This document shows positions 21,089 through 31,274 of a DNA stretch of 64,000 bases, one piece after another (the stretch's first letter is position 1; every line of letters starts with the position of its first letter). The notes under the pieces are model-generated. The model was not told the origin of the DNA. It saw nothing but the letters and a program-made list of their open reading frames with translations, and ran no database searches. Where the stretch lies: positions 5,260 through 69,259 of the forward strand of contig CAURBW010000027.1 of the NCBI GenBank assembly GCA_963523075.1, written 5' to 3'. Position numbers and translations under genes: made by a program. This stretch comes from an uncultured Clostridium sp. (GTDB taxonomy: Bacteria; Bacillota; Clostridia; Lachnospirales; Lachnospiraceae).

Positions 21089-22450
21089 TTATAATCGCTT
21101 TACTGCATCCATTGCCAGCACAGATCGCTCGCATTCCTCAGCCTGCAGGGTGATCTGCCAGCACAAAGAGCTTCCTTTCATATGTTCTGCAGCATAGCTG
21201 AGCCCATTGGTCCGCTCATCAAGAAACGGGCGGTCAATCTGATTGGGATCCCCGAGAAGTACAATCTTAGTGCCTTTTCCAGCCCGGGTTATGATTCCCT
21301 TTACCTGATTCGGTGTCATATTCTGGGCTTCGTCGATAATCAGATAAGTCTGAACTATGGAACGCCCTCGGATAAAGGTCAGGGCTTCTGTCTTAATGAG
21401 ACCTCTGGCAAAAATTTCTTCTATTTTCCCAGCCAGTTCATCCTCATTTTCATATCGTTTTTCTTCATTGGAATCAATGAGCTGTTCCAGATTGTCAATC
21501 ACAGGCCTCATCAGAGGGGATATCTTCTCCTGCTCATCTCCGGGAAGAAATCCGATGTCGGAATCGAACTGGGCATTGGGCCGGCTGACGATAATCCTCC
21601 TGTATTCCCCTGTTGGATTGTTCAAAAGCTTTTCAAGCCCTACTGCAAGAGAGTAAAAGGTTTTTGCTGTCCCTGCCATGCCTTTAATAATGACCAGCGG
21701 CGCTGTTTGCGCGGGCTGCATGAGGGCTTCCTGGGCGAAATACTGTCCCGCATTTCTTGGTGCCACCCCGTAAGGCCTGCTTTTCTGATAATCAAGCGGT
21801 ACTATTTTATCTCCATTTACTCGTCCCAGCACCGTTTTTCTGGTTGACTGGTCCGCTTTTAAAATCACAAACTGATTCTCCCACAGCTTTGGGCTTTTTT
21901 TGGCTCCCGACTCGTCGGTGATATATACCCGGTCTGCGGAAATTCCTTTTTTCTTGAAATCCTTAAAATTCTCCTCCGGAGCAAAAACCTCAATTCTTCC
22001 GGTGTATTGCTCCTCACGTCCGGATACCTGCTCGGTTGTAAAATCCTCCGCCCGGATCCCGATGATCTGCGCTTTAATACGCAGCAATATGTCCTTTGTT
22101 ACCAGTACAACCTCTCCCTCAAGCCCCTTGCACACCTTGAGAATGCGGTTATCCATTTTGTCGTCGGGAAGATCCGCAGGGAGCACAACATCTACAAAGT
22201 TTTTTTCAACCCTTATTGTTCCTCCATGCTCCAGTTCTACTCCTGTCAGTAAATCTCCCTGATGACGCAGCTGTTCCAAAAGCCTTATGGCTTTTCTTGC
22301 ATTGGCACCTGTTTCGCCCTCAGCCTTTTTCAAGTGATCCAGCTCTTCCAATACTGCTACCGGAAGGACCACCCGGTTATCCTCAAAACAGTTGATGGCG
22401 TAAGGGGCCTGAATCAGAACATTGGTATCTACCACATAGGTTTTTATCAT
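21089..22450 (-). CDS. PIN-PhoH family protein
   Basis: VVDTNVL PIN domain; GMAGTAKT, IGFLPG, RGRS, IIDEAQN, GDPNQID. Confidence 0.9.
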   Translation of the reverse strand: MIKTYVVDTNVLIQAPYAINCFEDNRVVLPVAVLEELDHLKKAEGETGANARKAIRLLEQLRHQGDLLTGVELEHGGTIRVEKNFVDVVLPADLPDDKMDNRILKVCKGLEGEVVLVTKDILLRIKAQIIGIRAEDFTTEQVSGREEQYTGRIEVFAPEENFKDFKKKGISADRVYITDESGAKKSPKLWENQFVILKADQSTRKTVLGRVNGDKIVPLDYQKSRPYGVAPRNAGQYFAQEALMQPAQTAPLVIIKGMAGTAKTFYSLAVGLEKLLNNPTGEYRRIIVSRPNAQFDSDIGFLPGDEQEKISPLMRPVIDNLEQLIDSNEEKRYENEDELAGKIEEIFARGLIKTEALTFIRGRSIVQTYLIIDEAQNMTPNQVKGIITRAGKGTKIVLLGDPNQIDRPFLDERTNGLSYAAEHMKGSSLCWQITLQAEECERSVLAMDAVKRL

Positions 22451-22597
22451 TTACCGGACTCCTTTGCAATTTCAGAAACTTTGGTTTCTGTAAATCCGAT
22501 TATACCCTTATTTCATTACTGCTGTAACCACAGTTTCGTAAAAGTAATGTAAAAACAGATTCATTTTTCTGGAATCCGGTTCCAAATATCCTAAATT

Positions 22598-22873
22598 TTA
22601 TAATATATGCTCCTGCTCGTCTTCCCCCCATGGCTCTGTCTGGTCTGGTCCTTTTAGCAGTATTTTTCTTAATGACCAGATGATCAGAATTGCACCCGTA
22701 ATAAAAAACAATGTCATAAAGACCAGCTGAATTATGTTTCTGAACCCGGAGGAGATAAGAAGTTCCGGTACCAGCTGAAAAGCCAGCCAGACTAAATATC
22801 CTCCTCCCGCCAGTCTTAAAAACAGGGTAATGGGTGCAGGTGACTCCCCCTGCTTCTTCTTATTTTCACTCAT
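22598..22873 (-). CDS. Small two-TM membrane protein
   Basis: AGGAG RBS before MSENKKK; two hydrophobic segments. Confidence 0.65.
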   Translation of the reverse strand: MSENKKKQGESPAPITLFLRLAGGGYLVWLAFQLVPELLISSGFRNIIQLVFMTLFFITGAILIIWSLRKILLKGPDQTEPWGEDEQEHIL

Positions 22874-22883
22874 ATTCCTTCTC

Positions 22884-23987
22884 CTATACTCTGACACGAA
22901 CGGAACTGCGTTCCACTGCCTCCGAATCAAAAAGATAATTCCCGTCGAAATAGGGATTCTCAATCATCCGTATCATGTTTTCTGCTGCTTTTTTACCCAG
23001 GGCCTCCATTGGATGTGGAAATGAAGTAATGGGAACCTCCCCCAGAGAAGCAAGCTCAGAATTATCTATACTCACCAGGGATAGATCATCGGGAATCAGA
23101 ATCCCTCTCCTCATACAGATCCCTGACAGCAGATAGGCCACCTCATCATTATAGCAGACCAATGCCGTACAGTCCTTTAACCGGTCAAAAAGATAGTCAG
23201 ACCAGGATTCCAAATCATTCTGGCTCTCCGAATCAATCCAGACGATCCCCCTCCTGTCAATGCCCAAACCAGCCTGCTTCATTGCCTTTACAAATCCCAG
23301 ATAACGAAGATGGCCCTGTCCGTCATCGCATTTAAAGATGCCGCCGATTCTCCTGTGCCCTGCATGGATCAGATACTCAACAGCCTTCCTGGTCACCAGT
23401 TCATCATGCAGTGCAACACAGGGAAATGACAGCTGGGGGTAGCTGCTGTTAAAGAACAGAACGGGAAGCTGCCGTTTCGCCAGCCTGCGGTAGGAATCCA
23501 GATTCGGATTTGGCAGCGCACTTTTTGCCGGTTCCACGATCAGCCCGTCAATGAAACCTTTTTCCAGCAGCTTATCAAGGATTTCTCCTTCTTTTTCAAT
23601 CCTGTTTCCTGTAAATGCCACCTGCATGGTATAGCCGTTTTTTGATAATGTCTTTTCAATCCCTTTTAAGACGGGCGGAAAAATATAGCTGTCCACATAG
23701 GTACTGATCACTGCAATATTCTGATATCGTTCCTTTCTCACTTCCCGGATTCCCACGCCTAAATAGGTTCCGCTTCCCCGAATTCTGGTCAGCATATTTT
23801 TCTGTTCCAGCACATCAATGGCATGACGGACAGTCTGCCTGCTCAGTTCAAACTCACGGCTGAGTTCGTTTTCAGACGGCAGCTTATCCCCTGTCTTAAA
23901 CACTCCGCATTGAATCTGTTCCATGACCCAGTTTACAACAACCATATATTTTGCTTCCTGAGACTGCATCTTTTCTCCCACTGTCAT
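22884..23987 (-). CDS. araR: GntR-HTH/LacI-effector regulator (AraR type)
   Basis: LPSENEL...SRQTVRHA HTH plus periplasmic-binding-fold domain; AraR-like box upstream of the operon. Confidence 0.78.
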   Translation of the reverse strand: MTVGEKMQSQEAKYMVVVNWVMEQIQCGVFKTGDKLPSENELSREFELSRQTVRHAIDVLEQKNMLTRIRGSGTYLGVGIREVRKERYQNIAVISTYVDSYIFPPVLKGIEKTLSKNGYTMQVAFTGNRIEKEGEILDKLLEKGFIDGLIVEPAKSALPNPNLDSYRRLAKRQLPVLFFNSSYPQLSFPCVALHDELVTRKAVEYLIHAGHRRIGGIFKCDDGQGHLRYLGFVKAMKQAGLGIDRRGIVWIDSESQNDLESWSDYLFDRLKDCTALVCYNDEVAYLLSGICMRRGILIPDDLSLVSIDNSELASLGEVPITSFPHPMEALGKKAAENMIRMIENPYFDGNYLFDSEAVERSSVRVRV

Positions 23988-23990
23988 TTA

Positions 23991-25157
23991 TTATTTTTTC
24001 CTTTTGGATAATAAGTCAACCGTAACTGCTCCTAATAAAACAGCACCTTTTACAATTTTCTGAATATCCGTAGACCAGCCGTAAAGAGACATGCCATTAT
24101 TTAAGATTCCCATGATAAATGCTCCTACGACCGCTCCTATGATGGTTCCAATTCCTCCTGAGGTGGCAGCACCGCCGATATAACAGGAAGCGATGGCATC
24201 CATCTCAAACTGGTCTCCCGCCTTAGGCGTTGCCGATGCATTTCTTGCAGAAAGAACGATTCCTGCGATTGCACACATGATTCCCATGTTGGTATAAACC
24301 CAGAAAAATACTTTTTCCGTGTTAATACCGGACAAACGGGCTGCTTTTGCATTTCCGCCCAATGCATAGATCTGCCTTCCTGCCACAGTCTTACTGGTAA
24401 TAAAGTGGTACAGTGCAACCAGAAGCCCCATAATAACAAGGACAAAGGGAATTCCGTTGTAACGTGCCAGTTTATAGAAGAAAAACCACACAATAACCAT
24501 GACTACGCCCACCTTGACAACCGTCTGCCACAGCGGATTAACAGGAAAATCGTATTTCTTTTTTGTTTTTATACTTCTGATTTCCGATATGATAATGAAG
24601 GCAAATGCGATGAGTGCCGCACCGATGGATACCAGATCCAGCGACGCCCCTCCAAAGGAGATTTTTACAGTTGGAAGAAATCCTGCGCCTATGTAGGTAT
24701 AATTTGCCGGAAGAGGACCTTTGGTCTGTGCCTTTAACAGAGTGTAGGTAAGTCCGCGCCCCATAAGCATGGTTGCAAGTGTGACGATAAAGGGAGGTAT
24801 CGAAAGCTTTGAAACAAAAAATCCAACAAACATACCGGAGAGGGTGCCGATAGCCAGTGCTGCCAGAATTGCCACCCACATGCTGGTTTTATAATCTACA
24901 ATCATAATTCCCACAACAGCTCCGCACACAGCAACAATGGAACCGACCCCCAGATCAATATTACCGGTCAGAACACAAAGAAGCATGCCTACCGCCAGAA
25001 TTACAATATAGCTGTTCTGCATGATTAAATTGTTAATGTTTGCCGGAGACATGTTTTTTCCGCCGGTCATTGCCGCAAAGATTAAGAAAACCACGATTAG
25101 AGCCAGAATCATACCATACTGCTTCATGTTTATATTAACTGTTTTCTTCTTATCCAT
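23991..25157 (-). CDS. Sugar ABC transporter permease (GguB/MmsB-like)
   Basis: NIDLGVGS, GRQIYALGGNAKAARLSGI, EMDAIASCYIGG. Confidence 0.9.
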   Translation of the reverse strand: MDKKKTVNINMKQYGMILALIVVFLIFAAMTGGKNMSPANINNLIMQNSYIVILAVGMLLCVLTGNIDLGVGSIVAVCGAVVGIMIVDYKTSMWVAILAALAIGTLSGMFVGFFVSKLSIPPFIVTLATMLMGRGLTYTLLKAQTKGPLPANYTYIGAGFLPTVKISFGGASLDLVSIGAALIAFAFIIISEIRSIKTKKKYDFPVNPLWQTVVKVGVVMVIVWFFFYKLARYNGIPFVLVIMGLLVALYHFITSKTVAGRQIYALGGNAKAARLSGINTEKVFFWVYTNMGIMCAIAGIVLSARNASATPKAGDQFEMDAIASCYIGGAATSGGIGTIIGAVVGAFIMGILNNGMSLYGWSTDIQKIVKGAVLLGAVTVDLLSKRKK

Positions 25158-25159
25158 CT

Positions 25160-26707
25160 TTATTCTTCCTTTCCGTTGTCTTCCATGATACACTTCATAA
25201 TCTTTTCCTGTGAAACCTCTTCCCTGGTAAGTTCTCCGCAGATATGCCCTCCGTTGATGACATAGATGCGGTCACAGGTTCCGATTAACTCCTGGAGCTC
25301 CGACGATATGACAAGAATTGCCTTTCCGGCCTTTGCCAGATCATTGATGATGCAGTATATTTCATACTTTGCGCCAATATCAATGCCCCGGGTGGGTTCA
25401 TCAAGAATGAGGATATCAGGCTGGGTCAGCATCCATTTGGCGAGGACGACCTTCTGCTGATTTCCTCCAGACAGAGAGCTGACGGACTGGTTGATGGAAT
25501 TAGATTTAACATTAATTTTTTTCCGGTAGTTTTCTGCGGAAATGATTTCATCATTCTTGTTAACTATTCCTTTTCTGGAAAAGAAGTTTCTAAGAGCTGC
25601 CAGCGTCATATTGCCTTTCACAGTATCTATGAGAATCAGTCCGTAATTCTTACGGTCTTCCGATACATATGCCAGTCTGTTGTTAATGGCATCTCTCACA
25701 TTCCTTATAATGACCTGCTTCCCGTTAATTTTTATGGTTCCGCTGATTTTCTGACCATAGGATCTCCCGAACAGGCTCATTGCCAGTTCCGTTCTTCCTG
25801 CACCCATCAGTCCGGCAAATCCCACTACCTCGCCGGCCCGCACATGAAAAGATACATCCTGAATCACATGGCGGTCGGGATCGTCCGGATGACAGGCATT
25901 CCAATTCTCCACCTCAAATATCTTATCTTTTATTTCACTGGTCCGCTCCGGATAACGGTTGGTCAGTTCCCGGCCTACCATTCCCTTTATGATCCGGTCT
26001 TCACTGATCTCATCTTTTCCTTTATCCAAAGTCTCAATGGTCTTTCCATCTCTGATAACGGTAATGGAATCCGCAACATAACTGATTTCATTCAGCTTAT
26101 GGGAAATCATTATGCAGGTAATTCCATGCTTTTTCAGTTCCAGCATAATGTTTAAAAGACGCTTGCTCTCTTCATCATTAAGGGCTGCCGTAGGTTCATC
26201 TAAAATCAGAAGTTCCACCTGTTTTGCCATTGCTCTTGCAATCTCAATTAACTGCTGCTTGCCAACTCCAAGGCTGCTTACCGGGACATTTAAATTTTCA
26301 TTTGCAAGCCCGACTTTTGCCAGCATTTCCTGTGCCCGCTTATGAGTTTTGGTCCAGTCAATCACACCTTTTTTTCCTGTCTGCTCATTTCCCAGAAAAA
26401 CATTCTCTGCTACAGACAGATACGGACTTAATGCCAGCTCCTGATGAATGATTACAATGCCCTTTGCCTCACTTTGTTTAATGTTATGGAACTGGCACAC
26501 TGCTCCGTGATAGACAATATCACCGCTATAGGTTCCATAAGGATAAACGCCGGATAGTACGTTCATAAGCGTAGACTTCCCGGCCCCGTTTTCTCCGCAG
26601 AGAGCATGGATTTCCCCGCGTTTCACCTTGATATTCACATCATCAAGCGCCTTTACACCATAAAATTCTTTGGTGATGTGATTCATCTCCAGGATATAAT
26701 CGGCCAT
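25160..26707 (-). CDS. Sugar ABC transporter ATP-binding protein (GguA/MmsA-like)
   Basis: [25 protein letters not shown]; two ABC domains. Confidence 0.93.
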   Translation of the reverse strand: MADYILEMNHITKEFYGVKALDDVNIKVKRGEIHALCGENGAGKSTLMNVLSGVYPYGTYSGDIVYHGAVCQFHNIKQSEAKGIVIIHQELALSPYLSVAENVFLGNEQTGKKGVIDWTKTHKRAQEMLAKVGLANENLNVPVSSLGVGKQQLIEIARAMAKQVELLILDEPTAALNDEESKRLLNIMLELKKHGITCIMISHKLNEISYVADSITVIRDGKTIETLDKGKDEISEDRIIKGMVGRELTNRYPERTSEIKDKIFEVENWNACHPDDPDRHVIQDVSFHVRAGEVVGFAGLMGAGRTELAMSLFGRSYGQKISGTIKINGKQVIIRNVRDAINNRLAYVSEDRKNYGLILIDTVKGNMTLAALRNFFSRKGIVNKNDEIISAENYRKKINVKSNSINQSVSSLSGGNQQKVVLAKWMLTQPDILILDEPTRGIDIGAKYEIYCIINDLAKAGKAILVISSELQELIGTCDRIYVINGGHICGELTREEVSQEKIMKCIMEDNGKEE

Positions 26708-26742
26708 CTTTCCAACTCCTTTTCTTTTTATCCTTCACGAAA

Positions 26743-26773
26743 ACAGGCGGCAGTCTTTTCCACCGCCGCCTGT
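26743..26773 (-). terminator. Intra-operon stem-loop after the binding-protein gene
   Basis: Minus strand acaggcggcggt...actgccgcctgt followed by ttt. Confidence 0.6.
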
Positions 26774-26786
26774 ATGTAAGTCTCTG

Positions 26787-27968
26787 CTACTGTGCCAGCT
26801 GTTGTTCTGTATAATAACCGCCATCAATAATAATCTTTTTGTAATTGTCTTTGTCAACCGCAACCGGTGTACACAGATAAGAAGGCACTACCACCTTACC
26901 GTTGTTGTACTGGGTTGTATCGTTAATCTCAGGCTTTCCACCTTCTAAAACTGCCTGAACCATAGTTACGCATTTTTCAGCCAGAAGTCTGGTATCTTTA
27001 TAAATGGACATGGTCTGATAACCGGAGATAACATTCTTTACTGCCATTAATTCTGCATCCTGACCAGTTACTAACGGCCAGTCAACACCTACTTTATAGC
27101 CTGCTCCCTCTAATGCAGCCTTGCAGCCATAAGCAAAACCGTCAAATGCGGATGCACAGATATCAAGTTTTTTGTCTGCATAGAAGCCAGTCAAGTAGTT
27201 CTCACAGTTCTGCTGAGCGGTTTCCTGAGACCATCTTAAGATACAGGTATCTTCAAATGAAGTACGTCCGGATTCGCATTTTAAGGTTCCGTCATCCAGA
27301 TATGGCTTCAATACTTCCATCAATCCGTTATAGAGGAACAGTGCGTTGTTATCATCTGGAGATCCCATAAAGAATTCAATGGTATAGGATTTTCCTTCTG
27401 CTTTTGCCTTATCTAACTGCTTTGATTCTTTGATGTACTCACCGATAGCTGTACCTACTCCCTTATTATCAAAGGTTGCATAATAGGAAACAGCATCTGT
27501 ATCCATCAGCAGACGGTCATAGGCAATGATTGGGATTCCGGCGCTCTTGGCCTGAGCTTCCACGTTGACCAGAGCTGAGGAGTCGATGGAAGCAATCACC
27601 AGGCACTTAACTCCGGAAGCAATCATGTTCTCAATCTGGGATACCTGCATCTGAACATCATCCTCGGCATACTGTAAATCCACCTCATATCCCAGAGCCT
27701 CCAGCTGCTTCTTCATGTTTGCACCGTCATTAATCCAGCGTTCAGAAGACTGGGTTGGCATCGCCACACCTACTTTTCCGCCGCTTCCCGCTGCTTTAGC
27801 CGCTTCTGTGGCTGCAGTAGTTGCCCCGGCTGTTGTCTCTGCTGCTGTCTCTGCCGCTTTGGTTCCTGCCTCTGTGGTTGCAGCTGTCTGGGAAGTGCTG
27901 CATCCAAATAATGCAGATGCCGCCAACACTGCACTAAGCATGACTCCAAGTACTCTTCGTTTCATCAT
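26787..27968 (-). CDS. Sugar ABC substrate-binding lipoprotein (ChvE-like)
   Basis: Lipobox LFGC; VGVAMPTQSSERWINDG; GSPDDNNA. Confidence 0.9.
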   Translation of the reverse strand: MMKRRVLGVMLSAVLAASALFGCSTSQTAATTEAGTKAAETAAETTAGATTAATEAAKAAGSGGKVGVAMPTQSSERWINDGANMKKQLEALGYEVDLQYAEDDVQMQVSQIENMIASGVKCLVIASIDSSALVNVEAQAKSAGIPIIAYDRLLMDTDAVSYYATFDNKGVGTAIGEYIKESKQLDKAKAEGKSYTIEFFMGSPDDNNALFLYNGLMEVLKPYLDDGTLKCESGRTSFEDTCILRWSQETAQQNCENYLTGFYADKKLDICASAFDGFAYGCKAALEGAGYKVGVDWPLVTGQDAELMAVKNVISGYQTMSIYKDTRLLAEKCVTMVQAVLEGGKPEINDTTQYNNGKVVVPSYLCTPVAVDKDNYKKIIIDGGYYTEQQLAQ

Positions 27969-28209
27969 TTCATACCCTCCTAATAATAACATTTTTAGTA
28001 TATACAATTTGCACATAAGGCAAATGTGTATTTTGTTTGATTCGACATGTTTTGTCGAATTGTAGCAGATGCAGTATGTAATAATTGTTACATTATCTTT
28101 TTACTATCATATTTTTATGGTTAATTTTACCAAATTCAGTTATGAATCAAATATATAATTTCATCAATGTTTTGTCAATACATTTTTTAACATTTTAAGT
28201 AAATTTATT

Positions 28210-28227
28210 AAGTTGTATGTACAACTT
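28210..28227. promoter_or_regulatory. AraR-type operator
   Basis: AAGTTGTATGTACAACTT, near-palindrome matching the TTGTACGTACAA core of the B. subtilis AraR box. Confidence 0.7.
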
Positions 28228-28527
28228 TGTTGCAATACCAGTTTATGCTCGTCAATTTCAGACATGAAGTTACAAAAAAATGGCTTGTTCGAAAAAACAG
28301 GAACAAGCCACAGCAATCCGGAGATGCCAGAATATTTATTTTTAATATTTATTTTACACTGCTTATTATTACTTTACTTTTTGCGTTCTTCTGGGTAAAT
28401 AGTATTAAAAAGGCCGATGCCTTCCGTCCGGTTTCATTAGATGAGATCAATGATGTGAAACTGGAAAATCAGGCAGAAGATAGCCAGACTCCTGCTTCCC
28501 TGCTGGTAAATTAAACTCGTTTTTATA

Positions 28528-29022
28528 TTATTCTTTCCAATGCAGATGATGAAGTTCCCCCTGCATGGTCATGCGTTCAAATCCATTCTGCCTCAATGCC
28601 TCATAAAGAACAATGGAGACCGAATTGGATAAATTGAGGGAACGTATATCCCCCCACATGGGAATCCTCACACAGCGGTCCTCATTATCCACAAGAATCT
28701 CTTCGGGTATTCCGGCGCTTTCCTTTCCAAACATGAGAAAGCAGTCCGGCTCATACTTTACGTCAGAGTAAACATGATGCCCTTTTGTAGTGGCCATATA
28801 GATTTTCGCTTCCGGATTCCGGTCCAAAAAATCCTGATAATCGCTGTATACGGTAACGTCTAATTTATCCCAGTAATCAAGCCCCGCTCGTTTGATCAGC
28901 TTATCATTCAGCTTAAAACCCAAAGGCTGAATCAGGTGAAGCCTGGTATCCGTAGCCACACAGGTTCTGCCGATATTCCCTGTATTTGCCGGCATCTCCG
29001 GTTCCAATAGTACAATATTCAT
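28528..29022 (-). CDS. trmL: tRNA (cytidine34-2'-O)-methyltransferase, SPOUT family
   Basis: PEMPANTGNIGR, RAGLDYW, FGKES.G, RSLNLSNS. Confidence 0.9.
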   Translation of the reverse strand: MNIVLLEPEMPANTGNIGRTCVATDTRLHLIQPLGFKLNDKLIKRAGLDYWDKLDVTVYSDYQDFLDRNPEAKIYMATTKGHHVYSDVKYEPDCFLMFGKESAGIPEEILVDNEDRCVRIPMWGDIRSLNLSNSVSIVLYEALRQNGFERMTMQGELHHLHWKE

Positions 29023-29027
29023 AATAA

Positions 29028-30197
29028 TTACGCCTTTCCATCCAGTTTCTTGATAAAGCGTTCCATACGGCTTAAAGCTTCCTTTAAACTTTTTAAAGAA
29101 TACGCATAAGAAATACGCAGATACCCTTCTCCGCAGTCTCCGAATGCAGTTCCTGGAACAACCGCTACTTTTTCTTCCATCAGAAGCCGGGTGGCAAATT
29201 CATCAGAGGTCATGCCAAACCGTTTGATGCATGGAAACGTGTAAAAGGCACCGTTAGGCTCAAAGCATTCAAGCCCCATTTCCTGAAATGCATGCATTAA
29301 ATAACGTCTTCTCTGATTATAGGATTCCCGCATGACTGCCACATCCTTATCCCCATCCCGCAGCGCAGCAACTGCAGCATACTGGCTGGTCGTAGGAGCG
29401 CACATAATGGCAAACTGGTGGATCTTTAACATCTGCTCTAAAATCAGTCTGGGGGCAGCGGCATAGCCAAGCCTCCACCCGGTCATTGCGTAGGATTTGG
29501 AGAATCCGTTAATCAAAACTGTCCTATCCTTCATTCCCGGAAAAGCGGCTATTGTCGAGTGATCGCCGCCATAGGTAAGCTCTGCATAGATCTCATCAGA
29601 AATAACAAATAAATCCTTTTCAAGAACAATATCTGCAATCTCCTTCAGCTCGCTGGCATTCATAACAGCACCCGTCGGGTTGTTTGGAAATGGGAGAATG
29701 AGAACCTTTGTCTTCGGAGTAATTTTTTCAAGAAGCTTTTCCTTTGTCAGTTTAAACTGGTCCTTTGCTTCCAGATCAATGATGACCGGTACTCCGTTGG
29801 CCAGAATGGTACAGGGCACATAGGAAACATAGCTGGGCTGCGGAATCAGTACCTCATCACCGGGATTCAACATGGCACGGAGTGCAATATCAATCGCTTC
29901 GCTTCCGCCTACCGTTACCATCACCTCATGATCAGGATCATATGTAACTTCAAAGCGGCGGCTTAAATAGCTGCAGATTTCTGTCTTAAGCTCTTTTAAA
30001 CCAGCGTTGGAGGTATAAAACGTCCGTCCCTTTTCAAGAGAATAAATCCCCTCTTCCCGGATATGCCATGGCGTATCAAAATCAGGCTCGCCCACACCCA
30101 GGGAAATGGCATCCTTCATCTCACTTACGATATCAAAAAATTTACGGATTCCCGAAGAGGGAATTTCTGTTATTCGGTCTGATAATGGGTTTCTCAC
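29028..30197 (-). CDS. Class I/II PLP-dependent aminotransferase (YugH-like)
   Basis: PNNPTG, SDEIY, GFSKSYAMTGWRLG. Confidence 0.92.
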   Translation of the reverse strand: MRNPLSDRITEIPSSGIRKFFDIVSEMKDAISLGVGEPDFDTPWHIREEGIYSLEKGRTFYTSNAGLKELKTEICSYLSRRFEVTYDPDHEVMVTVGGSEAIDIALRAMLNPGDEVLIPQPSYVSYVPCTILANGVPVIIDLEAKDQFKLTKEKLLEKITPKTKVLILPFPNNPTGAVMNASELKEIADIVLEKDLFVISDEIYAELTYGGDHSTIAAFPGMKDRTVLINGFSKSYAMTGWRLGYAAAPRLILEQMLKIHQFAIMCAPTTSQYAAVAALRDGDKDVAVMRESYNQRRRYLMHAFQEMGLECFEPNGAFYTFPCIKRFGMTSDEFATRLLMEEKVAVVPGTAFGDCGEGYLRISYAYSLKSLKEALSRMERFIKKLDGKA

Positions 30198-30676
30198 GGC
30201 GTAATCAACATCCTTTCATCCGGTGTTTCTTCCGCAAGAACCGTCCCGTGATCCTTATACTTCTTCAATACAAAATGGGTGGCTGTGCTCAATACGGATT
30301 CCATGGGGGAAAGTTTCTCAGATACAAACTGTGCTACTGCTCTCATGGTCTTTCCTTCGATAAAAACAGTGAAATCAAAGGCTCCTGACATTAAATAAAC
30401 CGCATTTACCTCGCTGTACTGATAGATGCGTTCTGCAATCTTGTCAAACCCCATCCCCCTTTGCGGTGTAACCTTTACCTCAATCAGGGCTACAACCTTT
30501 TCATCGCTGGTATTATCCCAGTTAATCAGGGTGTGATATCCGCAGATGATATGTTCCTTTTCCATTTCGGCAATCTCATTTGCAATGGCTGCCTCACTTT
30601 CTCCAAGAAGAACCGCCAGATCCTTTAAATCAATTCTGCTGTTTTTTTCAATAATTGCCAGTATCTTTTCTCTCAT
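30194..30676 (-). CDS. Lrp/AsnC-family regulator (YugG-like)
   Basis: N-terminal HTH; YLMSGAFD, THFVLKKYK; coupled to aminotransferase. Confidence 0.88.
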   Translation of the reverse strand: MREKILAIIEKNSRIDLKDLAVLLGESEAAIANEIAEMEKEHIICGYHTLINWDNTSDEKVVALIEVKVTPQRGMGFDKIAERIYQYSEVNAVYLMSGAFDFTVFIEGKTMRAVAQFVSEKLSPMESVLSTATHFVLKKYKDHGTVLAEETPDERMLITP

Positions 30677-31265
30677 ATCCTACCTCCGATTTACCTTTTT
30701 TGGATAATACCTTATAAAGTTCGTCCTCTGAAGGGCGGTCAAGATAACCGATCCCGTCTTCATGAACAATAATCCGTTTGATGCCGCCTGTCACTTTCCC
30801 GATGACTGCAGCTTCCAGCCCATGCTCTTTTAAGGCAGATACGAAATCTCCGCCGTTATCTGCTGCCATTACGAAGCAGCCATCTGAGAAAAGCCGGTAT
30901 GGGTTTAAGTCATATCTCTCACAAACTTCTATGGTTTCCTGCCTTATCGGGATTTTATGAAGGTCAAAACGAATCCCAGTCATATATGCGCCGGATAAAT
31001 CCCAGAGAGCCTTTAATATTCCGCCCTCAAGTACCGGCTCCCATTCAGTTGCTCCCAGATTCTTAAAAAACTCCGGTTCTTTCACCGGCAATAAAAGATC
31101 TCCATTTAAAATCCGGTCAATATATTGCGAGGAGAACCACTGATGCAGTTCTCCTTCTCTCTCTCTTACTATTTTTACCGTTCCGGCTAATCCTGCATAT
31201 CCTGCTGCCACAAGATCCTGCCCCGGCTTTACCGTTCCCGTATTTTCTCTTTCAATCCGTCTCAT
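30648..31265 (-). CDS. AIR synthase/HypE C-terminal-domain protein
   Basis: EGGILKALW, IPIRQETIEVCE..DLNPYRL, AAVIGKV. Confidence 0.7.
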   Translation of the reverse strand: MRRIERENTGTVKPGQDLVAAGYAGLAGTVKIVREREGELHQWFSSQYIDRILNGDLLLPVKEPEFFKNLGATEWEPVLEGGILKALWDLSGAYMTGIRFDLHKIPIRQETIEVCERYDLNPYRLFSDGCFVMAADNGGDFVSALKEHGLEAAVIGKVTGGIKRIIVHEDGIGYLDRPSEDELYKVLSKKGKSEVGYERKDTGNY

Positions 31266-31274
31266 CGTCTGTAC

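Noticed and set aside
28213..28514. Short plus-strand ORFs between the sugar operon and trmL
   Set aside because: No RBS or family signal; region is AT-rich regulatory DNA containing the AraR-like box
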